From an uncultured Oscillospiraceae bacterium (GTDB lineage: Bacteria; Bacillota; Clostridia; Oscillospirales; Oscillospiraceae), in NCBI GenBank assembly GCA_964523945.1, contig CAZGBU010000002.1, positions 1-53,755 of the forward strand: a DNA stretch of 53,755 bases, given 5' to 3'. A program made the position numbers and the translations under genes. This document shows, in pieces, positions 24,804 through 33,685 of this stretch (position 1 is its first letter; the number at the start of each line of letters is the position of its first letter). The notes beneath the pieces were generated by a model that saw nothing but the letters and a program-made list of their open reading frames with translations, did no database searches and was not told the origin of the DNA.

Positions 24804-26045
24804 ATGAGTGAAATGAGAAGAGCCGTCGTCACCGGCATCGGCGCTGTTACCCCGCTGGGCAACAGCGTCGCGGAGACGTGGGAGGGGCTGAAGTCTGGTA
24901 GAAACGGTATTGGCCTCATCACCCGCTTTGACACGGAGAAATTCAAGGCCAAGCTTGCCGCCGAGGTCAAAGACTTTGATCCGGCGGCGTACATGGATGT
25001 GAATGAGACGCTGCGCACCGACCGGTGCACACAGTTGGCCGTCGCCGCGGCACAGCAGGCAATGGATGAGAGCGGCATCGCCGGTACGGTTGAGCCGGAG
25101 CGGTTTTCGGTTCTGTTCGGCACCGGCATCGGCGGCATTGAGACCTTTGAAAAGGAGCACACCAAGCTGCTTGAGCGGGGGCCGCGGCGTGTCTCGCCGC
25201 TGTTTGTCCCCATGATGATCGCCAATATGCCGGCTGGAATGATTGCAATCCGTCACGACTGCCGCGGTGCAGCCATGCCGGCCGTCACGGCCTGTGCCTC
25301 TGGTTCAAACGCCATTGGCGAGGCGCTGCGCCTGATCCGCCACGGCTATACCGATGCGGTGATCACCGGCGGCGCGGAGGCGGCTGTGACCGCATCCGCC
25401 GTGGCGGGCTTTGTGAACATGCAGGCGCTGTCGGTTTCGACCGATCCAAACGCCGCTTCGCTGCCGTTTGACCGGCGCAGAGCCGGCTTTGTGATCGGCG
25501 AGGGCGCGGCAGCGCTGGTACTGGAGGAATATGAGCACGCCAAAGCACGCGGCGCGAAGATCTACGGCGAGATCTGCGGCTACGGCGTTACCTGCGACGC
25601 CTATCACATTACCGCACCGCATCCAGAGGCGCGCGGCGCTGCGCGCGCCATGGCTGACGCGCTGCATGAGGCTGGATATACTGCCGGTGAAACCCTGTAT
25701 ATCAACGCCCATGGAACCGGCACGCCGATGAATGATGCGTTGGAGATCCTGGCGATCAAAAAGACGCTCGGCGAGGCGGATGCGCACCGTGCCTATGTCA
25801 GCTCAACCAAGTCGATGACGGGACATATGCTCGGTGCGGCGGGGGCAATCGAGGCCATTGCCTGTCTGCTCGCGCTTGGCGAGGGCATTGTCCCGCCCAC
25901 CATCAACCTGCACGACCAGGACGAATCGTGCGACCTCAACTGTGTGCCGCTCACTGCGGTCAAAGCTGACCTCACAGTGGCGCTCTCCAATTCCCTGGGC
26001 TTCGGCGGCCACAACGCCTGCCTCGCCTTCAGAAAGGTGGAGTGA
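24804..26045 (+). CDS. fabF: 3-oxoacyl-[ACP] synthase II
   Basis: RVVVTGIGAVTPLG, ACASGSNAIG (active Cys), INAHGTGTP, STKSMTGHMLGAAG, SNSLGFGGHNA. Confidence 0.9.
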   Translation: MSEMRRAVVTGIGAVTPLGNSVAETWEGLKSGRNGIGLITRFDTEKFKAKLAAEVKDFDPAAYMDVNETLRTDRCTQLAVAAAQQAMDESGIAGTVEPERFSVLFGTGIGGIETFEKEHTKLLERGPRRVSPLFVPMMIANMPAGMIAIRHDCRGAAMPAVTACASGSNAIGEALRLIRHGYTDAVITGGAEAAVTASAVAGFVNMQALSVSTDPNAASLPFDRRRAGFVIGEGAAALVLEEYEHAKARGAKIYGEICGYGVTCDAYHITAPHPEARGAARAMADALHEAGYTAGETLYINAHGTGTPMNDALEILAIKKTLGEADAHRAYVSSTKSMTGHMLGAAGAIEAIACLLALGEGIVPPTINLHDQDESCDLNCVPLTAVKADLTVALSNSLGFGGHNACLAFRKVE

Positions 26046-26049
26046 GAAC

Positions 26050-26478
26050 ATGACCGAAGAGGATATCCGCAAGTATGCCTCTCTGATGAGCGAGCTTGGT
26101 CTCACCGGCCTTGAGATCTCCGAGGGAGGACAGGTCGTCCGGCTCGAGCGCACGCTCTCTGCCGCGACAGCCACACCAACAGCGTCGGCTGCCGTACCGG
26201 CTGCGGTTGCTGTGGCCCCGGCAGCCGTCGCGGGCAAGCCGTATGTCAGCGTCAAATCGCCTATCGTCGGCGTATTTTATGCTGCGCCCGCCGAGAACGC
26301 CGACCCCTATGTGGCTGTCGGCGACCGCGTGAAAAAGGGACAGACGCTCTGCATAATAGAGGCCATGAAGCTCATGAACGAGATCACCGCCGAAGAAGAC
26401 GGCGTCATCACGGAAATCTGCGTGACGAACGGCCAGGTGGTCGAGTTCGGCACGGAGCTGTTCCGCATTGGGAGGTAA
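26050..26478 (+). CDS. accB: biotin carboxyl carrier protein of acetyl-CoA carboxylase
   Basis: Ala/Pro-rich linker then CIIEAMKLMNEI biotinyl-Lys motif. Confidence 0.9.
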   Translation: MTEEDIRKYASLMSELGLTGLEISEGGQVVRLERTLSAATATPTASAAVPAAVAVAPAAVAGKPYVSVKSPIVGVFYAAPAENADPYVAVGDRVKKGQTLCIIEAMKLMNEITAEEDGVITEICVTNGQVVEFGTELFRIGR

Positions 26479-26481
26479 CGC

Positions 26482-26898
26482 ATGGACCGCAGTGAAATCA
26501 TGAAGATCCTGCCGCACCGTGATGATATGCTCCTGCTCGACGAGGCCGAGTGTGTGGACGGTACGGCGCACGGACGCTATACCGTCCGCGGCGATGAATT
26601 TTTCCTGCGCGGGCATTTCCCCGCCAATCCGATTGTCCCCGGCGTCATCCTGTGTGAGATTCTGGCCCAGTCGGCCTGTGTGCTGATGGGAGAGACGCTG
26701 CGCGAAGAACAGCTCCCGGTGTACACAGGACTGGATCATGTCAGGTTCCGCTCGCCCGTGCGGCCCGGCGACACCATCGAAACGAGCTGCCGCATCAAAC
26801 GGGTAAAGCATCCGTTCTATTTCGCAGAGGGGACGGTGTCCGTCGGGGACCGGCTGTGCGTGAGCGCGGAGTTCTCCTTTGCGATTACGGGGGCGTAG
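26482..26898 (+). CDS. fabZ: 3-hydroxyacyl-[ACP] dehydratase
   Basis: ILPHRDDMLLLD, FFLRGHFPANPIVPGVILCEILAQ. Confidence 0.9.
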   Translation: MDRSEIMKILPHRDDMLLLDEAECVDGTAHGRYTVRGDEFFLRGHFPANPIVPGVILCEILAQSACVLMGETLREEQLPVYTGLDHVRFRSPVRPGDTIETSCRIKRVKHPFYFAEGTVSVGDRLCVSAEFSFAITGA

Positions 26899-26900
26899 CC

Positions 26901-28208
26901 ATGTTTTCCAAAATTCTCATTGCAAACCGCGGCGAAATCGCGGTGCGCATCATCCGCGCCTGCAAGGAGATGGGCGTCGCCACCGTGGCGGTATACTCCG
27001 AGGCCGACCGGCAGGCACTGCATGTGGCGCTGGCGGACCAGAGCTTCTGTATCGGCGAGAGCGAGGCGTCAAAGAGCTATCTGAATGAGAACCAGATCAT
27101 CAGCGCGGCCAAGCTTGCCGGCGCGCAGGCCATTCACCCCGGTTATGGCTTCCTGTCTGAAAACGCGCATTTTGCCCGGCTGTGCGAGAGAAACGGCATC
27201 GCATTCATCGGTCCGGATCCCAAGAATATGGAACGGCTCAGCGACAAGGCGATTTTAAAAGAGCTTGCCCGCGATGCGGGGCTGGCGGTGATCCCGGGGA
27301 CGGGCGCGGTGGACTCTGTGGAGGAGGCAAAGCGCGCGGCTGTCCGGATCGGCTATCCTGTGATGCTGAAAGCCAGTGCCGGCGGCGGCGGGCGGGGGAT
27401 TCGTCTCGTGCGTGCCGAAGGTGAAATGGAAGACGCCTATCTGCAGGCGACGTCGGAGGCGATTGCCGCGTTTGGCGACGGCAGCGTCTATCTGGAAAAG
27501 TATATTTTCCCGGCCCGGCACGTTGAGCTGCAGATGCTCGCCGACGAGCATGGAAATGTCGTCTGCCTGGGCGAGCGTGATTGCTCGCTGCAGCGGCACA
27601 ATCAGAAGCTGATCGAGGAAACACCGTCTCCCGCGGTCAGCCCGGCGCAGCGTCAGCGCATCATATCCGCGGCTGTGGCGGCGGTAAAGCAGCTCAGTTA
27701 TGTGGGCGCCGGTACGCTGGAGTTCCTGCTCGACGCTGACGGGAACTTTTGGTTCATGGAGATGAACGTGCGGCTGCAGGTGGAGCACTGTGTGACCGAG
27801 ATGCTCACCGGCATCGACCTGGTCAAGTGGCAGATCCGCATTGCGGCGGGCATCCCGCTGGACTTCCGGCAGGAGGACATCCCCATGCGCGGCTGTGCGA
27901 TCGAGTGCCGCATCAATGCACTCAACTGCGGCACGCTGAGCATGCTGCATGTCCCTGGCGGACCGTCCGTACGCTTTGACACGGCACTGATCGAGGGAAC
28001 GAGCGTGCCGCCGTATTACGACCCGCTGCTCGGCAAGCTGGTCGTATATGCCAAGACCAGGGAGGAGACACTGCGCAAGCTGCGCGCCGCGCTCTGCGAG
28101 CTGGTGATCGAGGGCATACCGTCCAACATAGAAGAACAGCTCCGGATTGTCGAGGATGAGAGATTTGCGTCCGGCCAATATGATTTGTCGTTTATGGGAA
28201 ACGGGTGA
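26901..28208 (+). CDS. accC: acetyl-CoA carboxylase biotin carboxylase subunit
   Basis: KILIANRGEIAVRIIRAC, ATP-grasp GYPVMLKASAGGGGRGIR, EMNVRLQVEHCVTE. Confidence 0.9.
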   Translation: MFSKILIANRGEIAVRIIRACKEMGVATVAVYSEADRQALHVALADQSFCIGESEASKSYLNENQIISAAKLAGAQAIHPGYGFLSENAHFARLCERNGIAFIGPDPKNMERLSDKAILKELARDAGLAVIPGTGAVDSVEEAKRAAVRIGYPVMLKASAGGGGRGIRLVRAEGEMEDAYLQATSEAIAAFGDGSVYLEKYIFPARHVELQMLADEHGNVVCLGERDCSLQRHNQKLIEETPSPAVSPAQRQRIISAAVAAVKQLSYVGAGTLEFLLDADGNFWFMEMNVRLQVEHCVTEMLTGIDLVKWQIRIAAGIPLDFRQEDIPMRGCAIECRINALNCGTLSMLHVPGGPSVRFDTALIEGTSVPPYYDPLLGKLVVYAKTREETLRKLRAALCELVIEGIPSNIEEQLRIVEDERFASGQYDLSFMGNG

Positions 28209-28212
28209 AGCA

Positions 28213-29064
28213 ATGGAATTGATCAAGTTTTTAAAGCCGAAAAATCAGCTCGAGGAAGGCGGCCGCAGCGCAGCGGCAGTTCAGCAGGATGCCGGCGAGC
28301 CGGAGAAGAGCTGCCCGAACTGCCGCAAGGATATCCCGCTCAGCCGGCTGATTGCAAACAATCTCGTCTGTCCCTGCGGCTACCACTTCCGCATGAAAGC
28401 GCGCCAGCGCATTGAGCTGATCGCTGACAAGGGCAGCTTCAGCGAGCTGTATGCCGAAATCTGCGCGGGTAATCCGCTTGATTTTGCCGGCTATCAGGAA
28501 AAGGTTGCGTCGATCCGCACGGCAAGCGGCGAACCCGAGGCGGTTGTCTGCGGAACGGCTCGGATCGGCGGCCAGAGCTGCTGCCTGTTCGTCATGGAGC
28601 CATATTTCATGATGGGCAGCATGGGCTGCGCTGTGGGCGAAAAGATCGCTTCCCTGTTTGAATACGCTGCTGAACGCCGGCTTCCGGTGGTTGGGTTCAC
28701 CGTCTCCGGCGGGGCGCGCATGCAGGAAGGGCTGCTCTCCCTGATGCAGATGGCGAAGACGAGCGCTGCGGTCAAACGGCACAGCGACGTGGGACTTCTG
28801 TATGTCGCCGTGCTGACCGACCCGACCACCGGCGGTGTGACCGCAAGTTTTGCGATGGAGGCAGATATCCTGCTGGCCGAGCCGGGGGCAACCGTGGGCT
28901 TCGCCGGGGCGCGGGTCATCGAGCAGACGACCCGCAAATCCCTGCCCAAGGGCTTTCAGAAAGCGGAATTCGTACTGGAGCACGGCTTCCTGGACGGTAT
29001 CGTCCCCCGCTCCCAACAAAAGGAGCTGTTGGCCGAGCTTCTCAGGCTGCATAACGGAGGGTGA
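28213..29064 (+). CDS. accD: acetyl-CoA carboxylase carboxyltransferase beta subunit
   Basis: Zn ribbon CPNC...CPCGYHFRM. Carboxyltransferase core GSMGCAVGEK, SGGARMQEG. Confidence 0.9.
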   Translation: MELIKFLKPKNQLEEGGRSAAAVQQDAGEPEKSCPNCRKDIPLSRLIANNLVCPCGYHFRMKARQRIELIADKGSFSELYAEICAGNPLDFAGYQEKVASIRTASGEPEAVVCGTARIGGQSCCLFVMEPYFMMGSMGCAVGEKIASLFEYAAERRLPVVGFTVSGGARMQEGLLSLMQMAKTSAAVKRHSDVGLLYVAVLTDPTTGGVTASFAMEADILLAEPGATVGFAGARVIEQTTRKSLPKGFQKAEFVLEHGFLDGIVPRSQQKELLAELLRLHNGG

Positions 29065-29067
29065 ACC

Positions 29068-29859
29068 ATGAGCACGGAAGCTTATGCACGGGTGAAGCTG
29101 GCCCGCGACAACAGCCGGCCCACAGGGCTCGACTATATCAACAACATCTTCAAGGGATTCATCGAGTTGCACGGCGACCGCCGCTATGCCGATGATCCTG
29201 CTGTCGTCGGCGGCATTGCGCGGCTGGACGGCGTCCCGGTTACCGTGATTGCCATCGAGAAGGGGCACACGGCGAAAGAGCGCGCACGCCGCAATTTCGG
29301 CGCGCCCAATCCGGAGGGCTATCGCAAGGCACTGCGCCTGATGAAGCAGGCTGAGAAATTCGGCCGCCCGGTGATCTGCTTTGTTGACACCTCGGGCGCC
29401 TACTGCGGCATCGATGCGGAAGCGCGCGGCCAGGGCCAGGCGATTGCGGAAAACCTGATGGAGATGTCGACGCTCTGCGTACCCATCATTTCGATCCTGA
29501 TCGGCGAGGGCGGCAGCGGCGGTGCGCTTGCGCTGGCCGTGGCAGATCGGGTGTGGATGCTGCAGAACGCGGTCTACTCCGTGATCTCGCCCGAGGGCTG
29601 TGCAAGCATTCTCTGGCGCGATTCCGCCATGGCTGCTGCCGCAGCGGAGAGCCTTAAGCTGACCGCAGAGGATGCCCTGCGGCTCGGCGTCATCGAACGG
29701 ATTCTCTCGGAGAACGGCCTGGGCAAAAAAGAATTCTACGACCGCATCCGCACGCTGCTGACCGAGGAGCTCGGCGCGCTGACCGGCGATCTGGATCTGG
29801 TCGGCAAGCGATATCAACGGTTCCGCCGCATCGGTGCCGATGCGGTGGTGAAGGAGTAA
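29068..29859 (+). CDS. accA: acetyl-CoA carboxylase carboxyltransferase alpha subunit
   Basis: ELHGDRRYADDPAVVGGIARLDG, FVDTSGAYCGIDAEARGQGQAIA, GEGGSGGALA. Confidence 0.9.
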   Translation: MSTEAYARVKLARDNSRPTGLDYINNIFKGFIELHGDRRYADDPAVVGGIARLDGVPVTVIAIEKGHTAKERARRNFGAPNPEGYRKALRLMKQAEKFGRPVICFVDTSGAYCGIDAEARGQGQAIAENLMEMSTLCVPIISILIGEGGSGGALALAVADRVWMLQNAVYSVISPEGCASILWRDSAMAAAAAESLKLTAEDALRLGVIERILSENGLGKKEFYDRIRTLLTEELGALTGDLDLVGKRYQRFRRIGADAVVKE

Positions 29860-29861
29860 CT

Positions 29862-31490
29862 ATGAGCATTTACCAAAAATTCTGCACCGAGCTGACGGAT
29901 GAAAACGGCAGCCTTCGTAAGCTCACGCTGCATTATCCCGACAACTTCAATTTCGGCTATGACGTCGTCGACGCGATTGCCGATGAGACGCTGGAGCACA
30001 GGGCCATTGTCTGGTGCAACGTCGAAAATGAGGAGCATATCTTTACATTCTCCGATATCAAACGCTACAGCAACCAGATGGCAAACGTGTTCCGGAACGC
30101 AGGCATCGGGCGCGGTGACCGGGTGCTGCTTGTGCTCAAGCGGCACTACGAGTACTGGTTTGCCGCCATGGCGCTGCACAAGTTGGGCGCGGTCATGATC
30201 CCTGCAACGCACATGCTGACGGTGCGCGATTTTGTCTACCGCATTCAGGCGGCCGATGTAAAAGCCATCGTCTGCACAACGCTTGACGAAGTGCCGGAGA
30301 AAATTCTGGCAGCGCTTGCGCAGACGAACGCCAAGCCGAAGCTCTGGTGCGTGCAGGCGGATGTGGACGGCTTTGAAAACCTGACGACAGCGATGGCGGG
30401 CGAAAGCGAGGTTTTCCCGCGCGTCGAAACACTGGTCACCGATCCGATGGTGTTGTATTTCACCTCCGGTACGACGGGCCATCCCAAGGGCGTCATCCAC
30501 GACCACAGCTACCCGCTCGCACACATTGTCACGGCAAAGTACTGGCAGCAGGCCGAGGACGGCGGGCTGCACTTTACCGTTGCCGAAACAGGCTGGGCGA
30601 AAGCCTCGTGGGGGTTCTATGGGGCATGGCTTGTGGGCAGTGCGGTCATGGTCTATGATTTTGACAATTTTGAGCCGCGGCAGCTCACGGCTGTTGTCAA
30701 CCGCTACGGTGTGACGAGCTTCTGTGCGCCGCCGACGGTTTACCGCTACCTGGTGCGCAAGGGCATTCCCGATATGCCAACCCTGTGGCATGCAACCACC
30801 GCAGGCGAGACGCTTGCACCGGAAGTGTTCCGCAAATTCACCGAACGCACGGGCCTGCCGCTATATGAGGGCTACGGTCAGACCGAGACCACGCTTCTGA
30901 TGGCGAATTTCAGGGGCATTGAGCCGGCGGCCGGCTCGATGGGAACCGTGTCGCCGTTTTACAACATCGAGTTGCGCGGCAAGGACGGCGGCCCCGTGCC
31001 GGTCGGCGAGATCGGCGAGGTCGTGGTCGTCCCGCCTGCGGATGGCCGGCAGCCGGGCGTTTTCACGGCATATCTGGACAACGCCGAGCAGTATGCATAT
31101 GTCTGGCGCGGCGGCGTGTACCACACCGGCGACGCCGCCTATATGGACGAAAATGGACGCTTCTGGTTCAGCGGCCGCTTCGACGACATCATTAAAACCA
31201 GCGGGTTCCGTGTCGGCCCCTACGAGGTGGAGAATATTCTGATGGAGCATCCGGCTGTCGTGGAGTGCAGCGTCATCGGCGTGCCGGATCCACTGCGCGG
31301 CCAGGCGATTAAGGCCATCGTTGTGCCAGGTCAGGGCTATGCCCCGACAAAAGAGCTGGCGCAGGAGATCCGCGAATTCTGTAATCGGCGGCTTGCTGAA
31401 TACAAGTGGGTCCGCATGGTGGAATTCACAGAGGAAATGCCGAAGACCATCAGCGGGAAAATCCAAAAATACGTGCAGCGCAGCATGTGA
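29862..31490 (+). CDS. AMP-forming acyl-CoA synthetase (medium-chain ACSM-like)
   Basis: YFTSGTTGHPKG AMP-binding motif, YGQTET, GDAAYMDENGRFWFSGRFDDIIKTSGFRVGPYEVE, GKIQK. Starts 3 nt after accA. Confidence 0.8.
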   Translation: MSIYQKFCTELTDENGSLRKLTLHYPDNFNFGYDVVDAIADETLEHRAIVWCNVENEEHIFTFSDIKRYSNQMANVFRNAGIGRGDRVLLVLKRHYEYWFAAMALHKLGAVMIPATHMLTVRDFVYRIQAADVKAIVCTTLDEVPEKILAALAQTNAKPKLWCVQADVDGFENLTTAMAGESEVFPRVETLVTDPMVLYFTSGTTGHPKGVIHDHSYPLAHIVTAKYWQQAEDGGLHFTVAETGWAKASWGFYGAWLVGSAVMVYDFDNFEPRQLTAVVNRYGVTSFCAPPTVYRYLVRKGIPDMPTLWHATTAGETLAPEVFRKFTERTGLPLYEGYGQTETTLLMANFRGIEPAAGSMGTVSPFYNIELRGKDGGPVPVGEIGEVVVVPPADGRQPGVFTAYLDNAEQYAYVWRGGVYHTGDAAYMDENGRFWFSGRFDDIIKTSGFRVGPYEVENILMEHPAVVECSVIGVPDPLRGQAIKAIVVPGQGYAPTKELAQEIREFCNRRLAEYKWVRMVEFTEEMPKTISGKIQKYVQRSM

Positions 31491-31524
31491 TGCCGCTGCC
31501 GCCGCCGTATGGGACAGGTGTCGA

Positions 31525-31553
31525 TTGCATTTTTGTGTGGAATGTGGCATAAT
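31525..31553 (+). promoter_or_regulatory. sigma-A promoter of the PAS regulator gene
   Basis: TTGCAT-17 nt-CATAAT with a TG two nt upstream. A 9-bp hairpin (31574-31595) lies in the 5' UTR. Confidence 0.55.
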
Positions 31554-31616
31554 GAAATACATGTTATTGCCATAATCCGTTCACCGGAACGGATTGTTCC
31601 ACGCGAAGGAGATGCT

Positions 31617-33617
31617 ATGGAAAACATTCTGAACCATGCGGAGGACCTACTGAACCGGTATGTCGGCGGCTTTCACCGTTATGTCCTCGCAGACCCGGTG
31701 CATCTTGACTATGTCAGCGAAAACCTCTGCAGCATGCTCGGCCTGACGAAGCGCGAGCTGCTTTGCGAAGATGCAGACGCGTATGCGCGTTTGGTTCACC
31801 CGGCTGACCGCGAACGCTATGCCGCATTTCTCAACTCGATGAAAGGGCGGGAGCAGACGCGCGCAGCCGAGTATCGTCTGGTGAATCAGGACGGCGCCGT
31901 CATCCATGTCAGGGATACAATGACCTCTGCCATGGAAGACGGCGGCGTCCTGGCCGGATACTCGGTGCTCTCGGATATCACGGAGCAAAAAGACGAATTG
32001 CAGAACCTGCGCTATCTCAGCGAGACGGTGTCGTGCGGATTTCTAACCTGTACCTGCGAGAAGCAGCCGAGGATTACATATATCAACCGGCAGATGCGGG
32101 AATTCCTGCGTATTCCGGAGACGCGCGACGGCGAAGTGGACTACCTGGAGATGTACAAGTCCGATCTTTTCCTGCTGATTCCTATGGAAGAACGCCGCAA
32201 GTTTGCGCTGTATCTGAACCGGGTCTACTCGGCCGGTACGCCGATGGCCGGCGAGATGACAGTACTGCGCTGCGATGGAACGCGGGCGTACCTGTTCGGC
32301 TGGGTGGCAAAGTGTGTGGACGAGCTGGGGCGCGAGGTGTTTCAAACCGTCTGCATCGACGTTACGGAGCGGCATCAGGTCCAAAAGGCCAATGAAACAC
32401 AGCGATATCTGGACGCGTTGACCGACGTCTACGACAAGATTTTTGAATACGATTTTTCCAGGAATACAGTGGTTTGCCTGAACAGTCACAACTCACCCAT
32501 GTTCAAGTGGCTCGAGAACATTCCGATGCAGATGGAGGACGCGACGGAAAAGTGGATTTCAGAGACTGTAATTCCGGAGGATCGCGAACGGGTCCGGGCA
32601 TTTTTTGACGCGCTGCGCCAGAAAAAGCTCTACCGCACGCACGGGATGCCGCCGCAGATCACCTATCAGGCGAAGTCCTCGAGCGGTGAGGTACGGACCT
32701 ATAATGGGATTTTCCTCCAGATAAGCGAAACGGTCAGCTTCTATTGCTGCCGGCGCGTCTCGGCGCTCGAAGAGGCAGAGCGCCTGCGCAGCGAGAATCT
32801 TTCCCTGCGGGAGAATATGCAGGAGCTGGTTCTGCGCTTCCAGGAGGGCATCGCCGCTTTCGAAGTGAAAAATGGCCTGGTCACGCCGCTCTACGCCAGT
32901 GACAACGTCTGCGCGTATTTTGGTTACAGCCGGAACGAGTGGCTTCAACTGATGGAGCAGAGCACGCCGCTGCCTGAATTTATCCAGCGCAGCGGGACAA
33001 GCTATGACGACTTTGCCGCGCTGCTCAAGGCCGGGGAGGCGGAGTTTACCTACCGCGATGTCGCCGCCGGGAAGGACCGCCGCATCAAGGCGATCTGCTC
33101 GCCCAAATCGCCCAAGGCCTCGCCGCGCTATGTGCTACTGTACAACGTGGATGAAAATGAGAGTGCTGCCGGCAGTCCGGTTTCCATCCGCACGTTTGGC
33201 TATTTTGACGTTTTTGTCGGCGGGCGGCCCATTGCATTCCGCAGCCAGAAGTCCAAGGAGCTTTTCGCCCTGCTCGTGGATCGACGCGGCGGCTTTGTCT
33301 CCTCAGAGGAGGCCATCGGTTTCCTGTGGGAGGACGAGCCGGTGAGTCCGGTCACGCTCGCGCGTTACCGTAAGGTTGCGCTCCGCCTCAAGAATATTCT
33401 GGAGGAGTACGGCATCTCGGATATCGTCGAATCAGTCGACGGCAAGCGCCGCATTGTCATGGAAAAGGTGCGGTGCGACCTGTACGACTACCTCTCGGGC
33501 AAGGAGGAATATGCCAACTTGTTCAAGGGAAGTTATCTCACCAATTACAGCTGGGGCGAAACAACGCTTGGCGAGCTGATCGGCGACCGCATGGCATATG
33601 CGGCGGGCGCGGATTGA
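31617..33617 (+). CDS. one-component regulator: multiple PAS/PAC-like modules fused to a C-terminal OmpR/SARP-type winged-helix (BTAD-like) DNA-binding domain
   Basis: Repeated PAS-like blocks (e.g. YVSENLCSMLGLTKRELL...RLVNQDGAVIHVRD, and ITYINRQMREFL...VLRCDGTRAYLFGW). C-terminus IRTFGYFDVFVGGRPIAFRSQKSKELFALLVDRRG...LWEDE...LARYRKVALRLKNIL is the SARP/OmpR wHTH pattern. No receiver or kinase domain. Confidence 0.7.
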   Translation: MENILNHAEDLLNRYVGGFHRYVLADPVHLDYVSENLCSMLGLTKRELLCEDADAYARLVHPADRERYAAFLNSMKGREQTRAAEYRLVNQDGAVIHVRDTMTSAMEDGGVLAGYSVLSDITEQKDELQNLRYLSETVSCGFLTCTCEKQPRITYINRQMREFLRIPETRDGEVDYLEMYKSDLFLLIPMEERRKFALYLNRVYSAGTPMAGEMTVLRCDGTRAYLFGWVAKCVDELGREVFQTVCIDVTERHQVQKANETQRYLDALTDVYDKIFEYDFSRNTVVCLNSHNSPMFKWLENIPMQMEDATEKWISETVIPEDRERVRAFFDALRQKKLYRTHGMPPQITYQAKSSSGEVRTYNGIFLQISETVSFYCCRRVSALEEAERLRSENLSLRENMQELVLRFQEGIAAFEVKNGLVTPLYASDNVCAYFGYSRNEWLQLMEQSTPLPEFIQRSGTSYDDFAALLKAGEAEFTYRDVAAGKDRRIKAICSPKSPKASPRYVLLYNVDENESAAGSPVSIRTFGYFDVFVGGRPIAFRSQKSKELFALLVDRRGGFVSSEEAIGFLWEDEPVSPVTLARYRKVALRLKNILEEYGISDIVESVDGKRRIVMEKVRCDLYDYLSGKEEYANLFKGSYLTNYSWGETTLGELIGDRMAYAAGAD

Positions 33618-33633
33618 CAGCACAGAACAAAAA

Positions 33634-33675
33634 CAGCGGCGGAACCGAAAAGGTTCCGCCGCTGCCTGTTTGTGC
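33634..33675. terminator. bidirectional intrinsic terminator between convergent genes
   Basis: cagcggcggaacc-gaaaa-ggttccgccgctg with an A-run upstream and T-rich sequence downstream. Confidence 0.8.
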
Positions 33676-33685
33676 TGTTCAGGGA

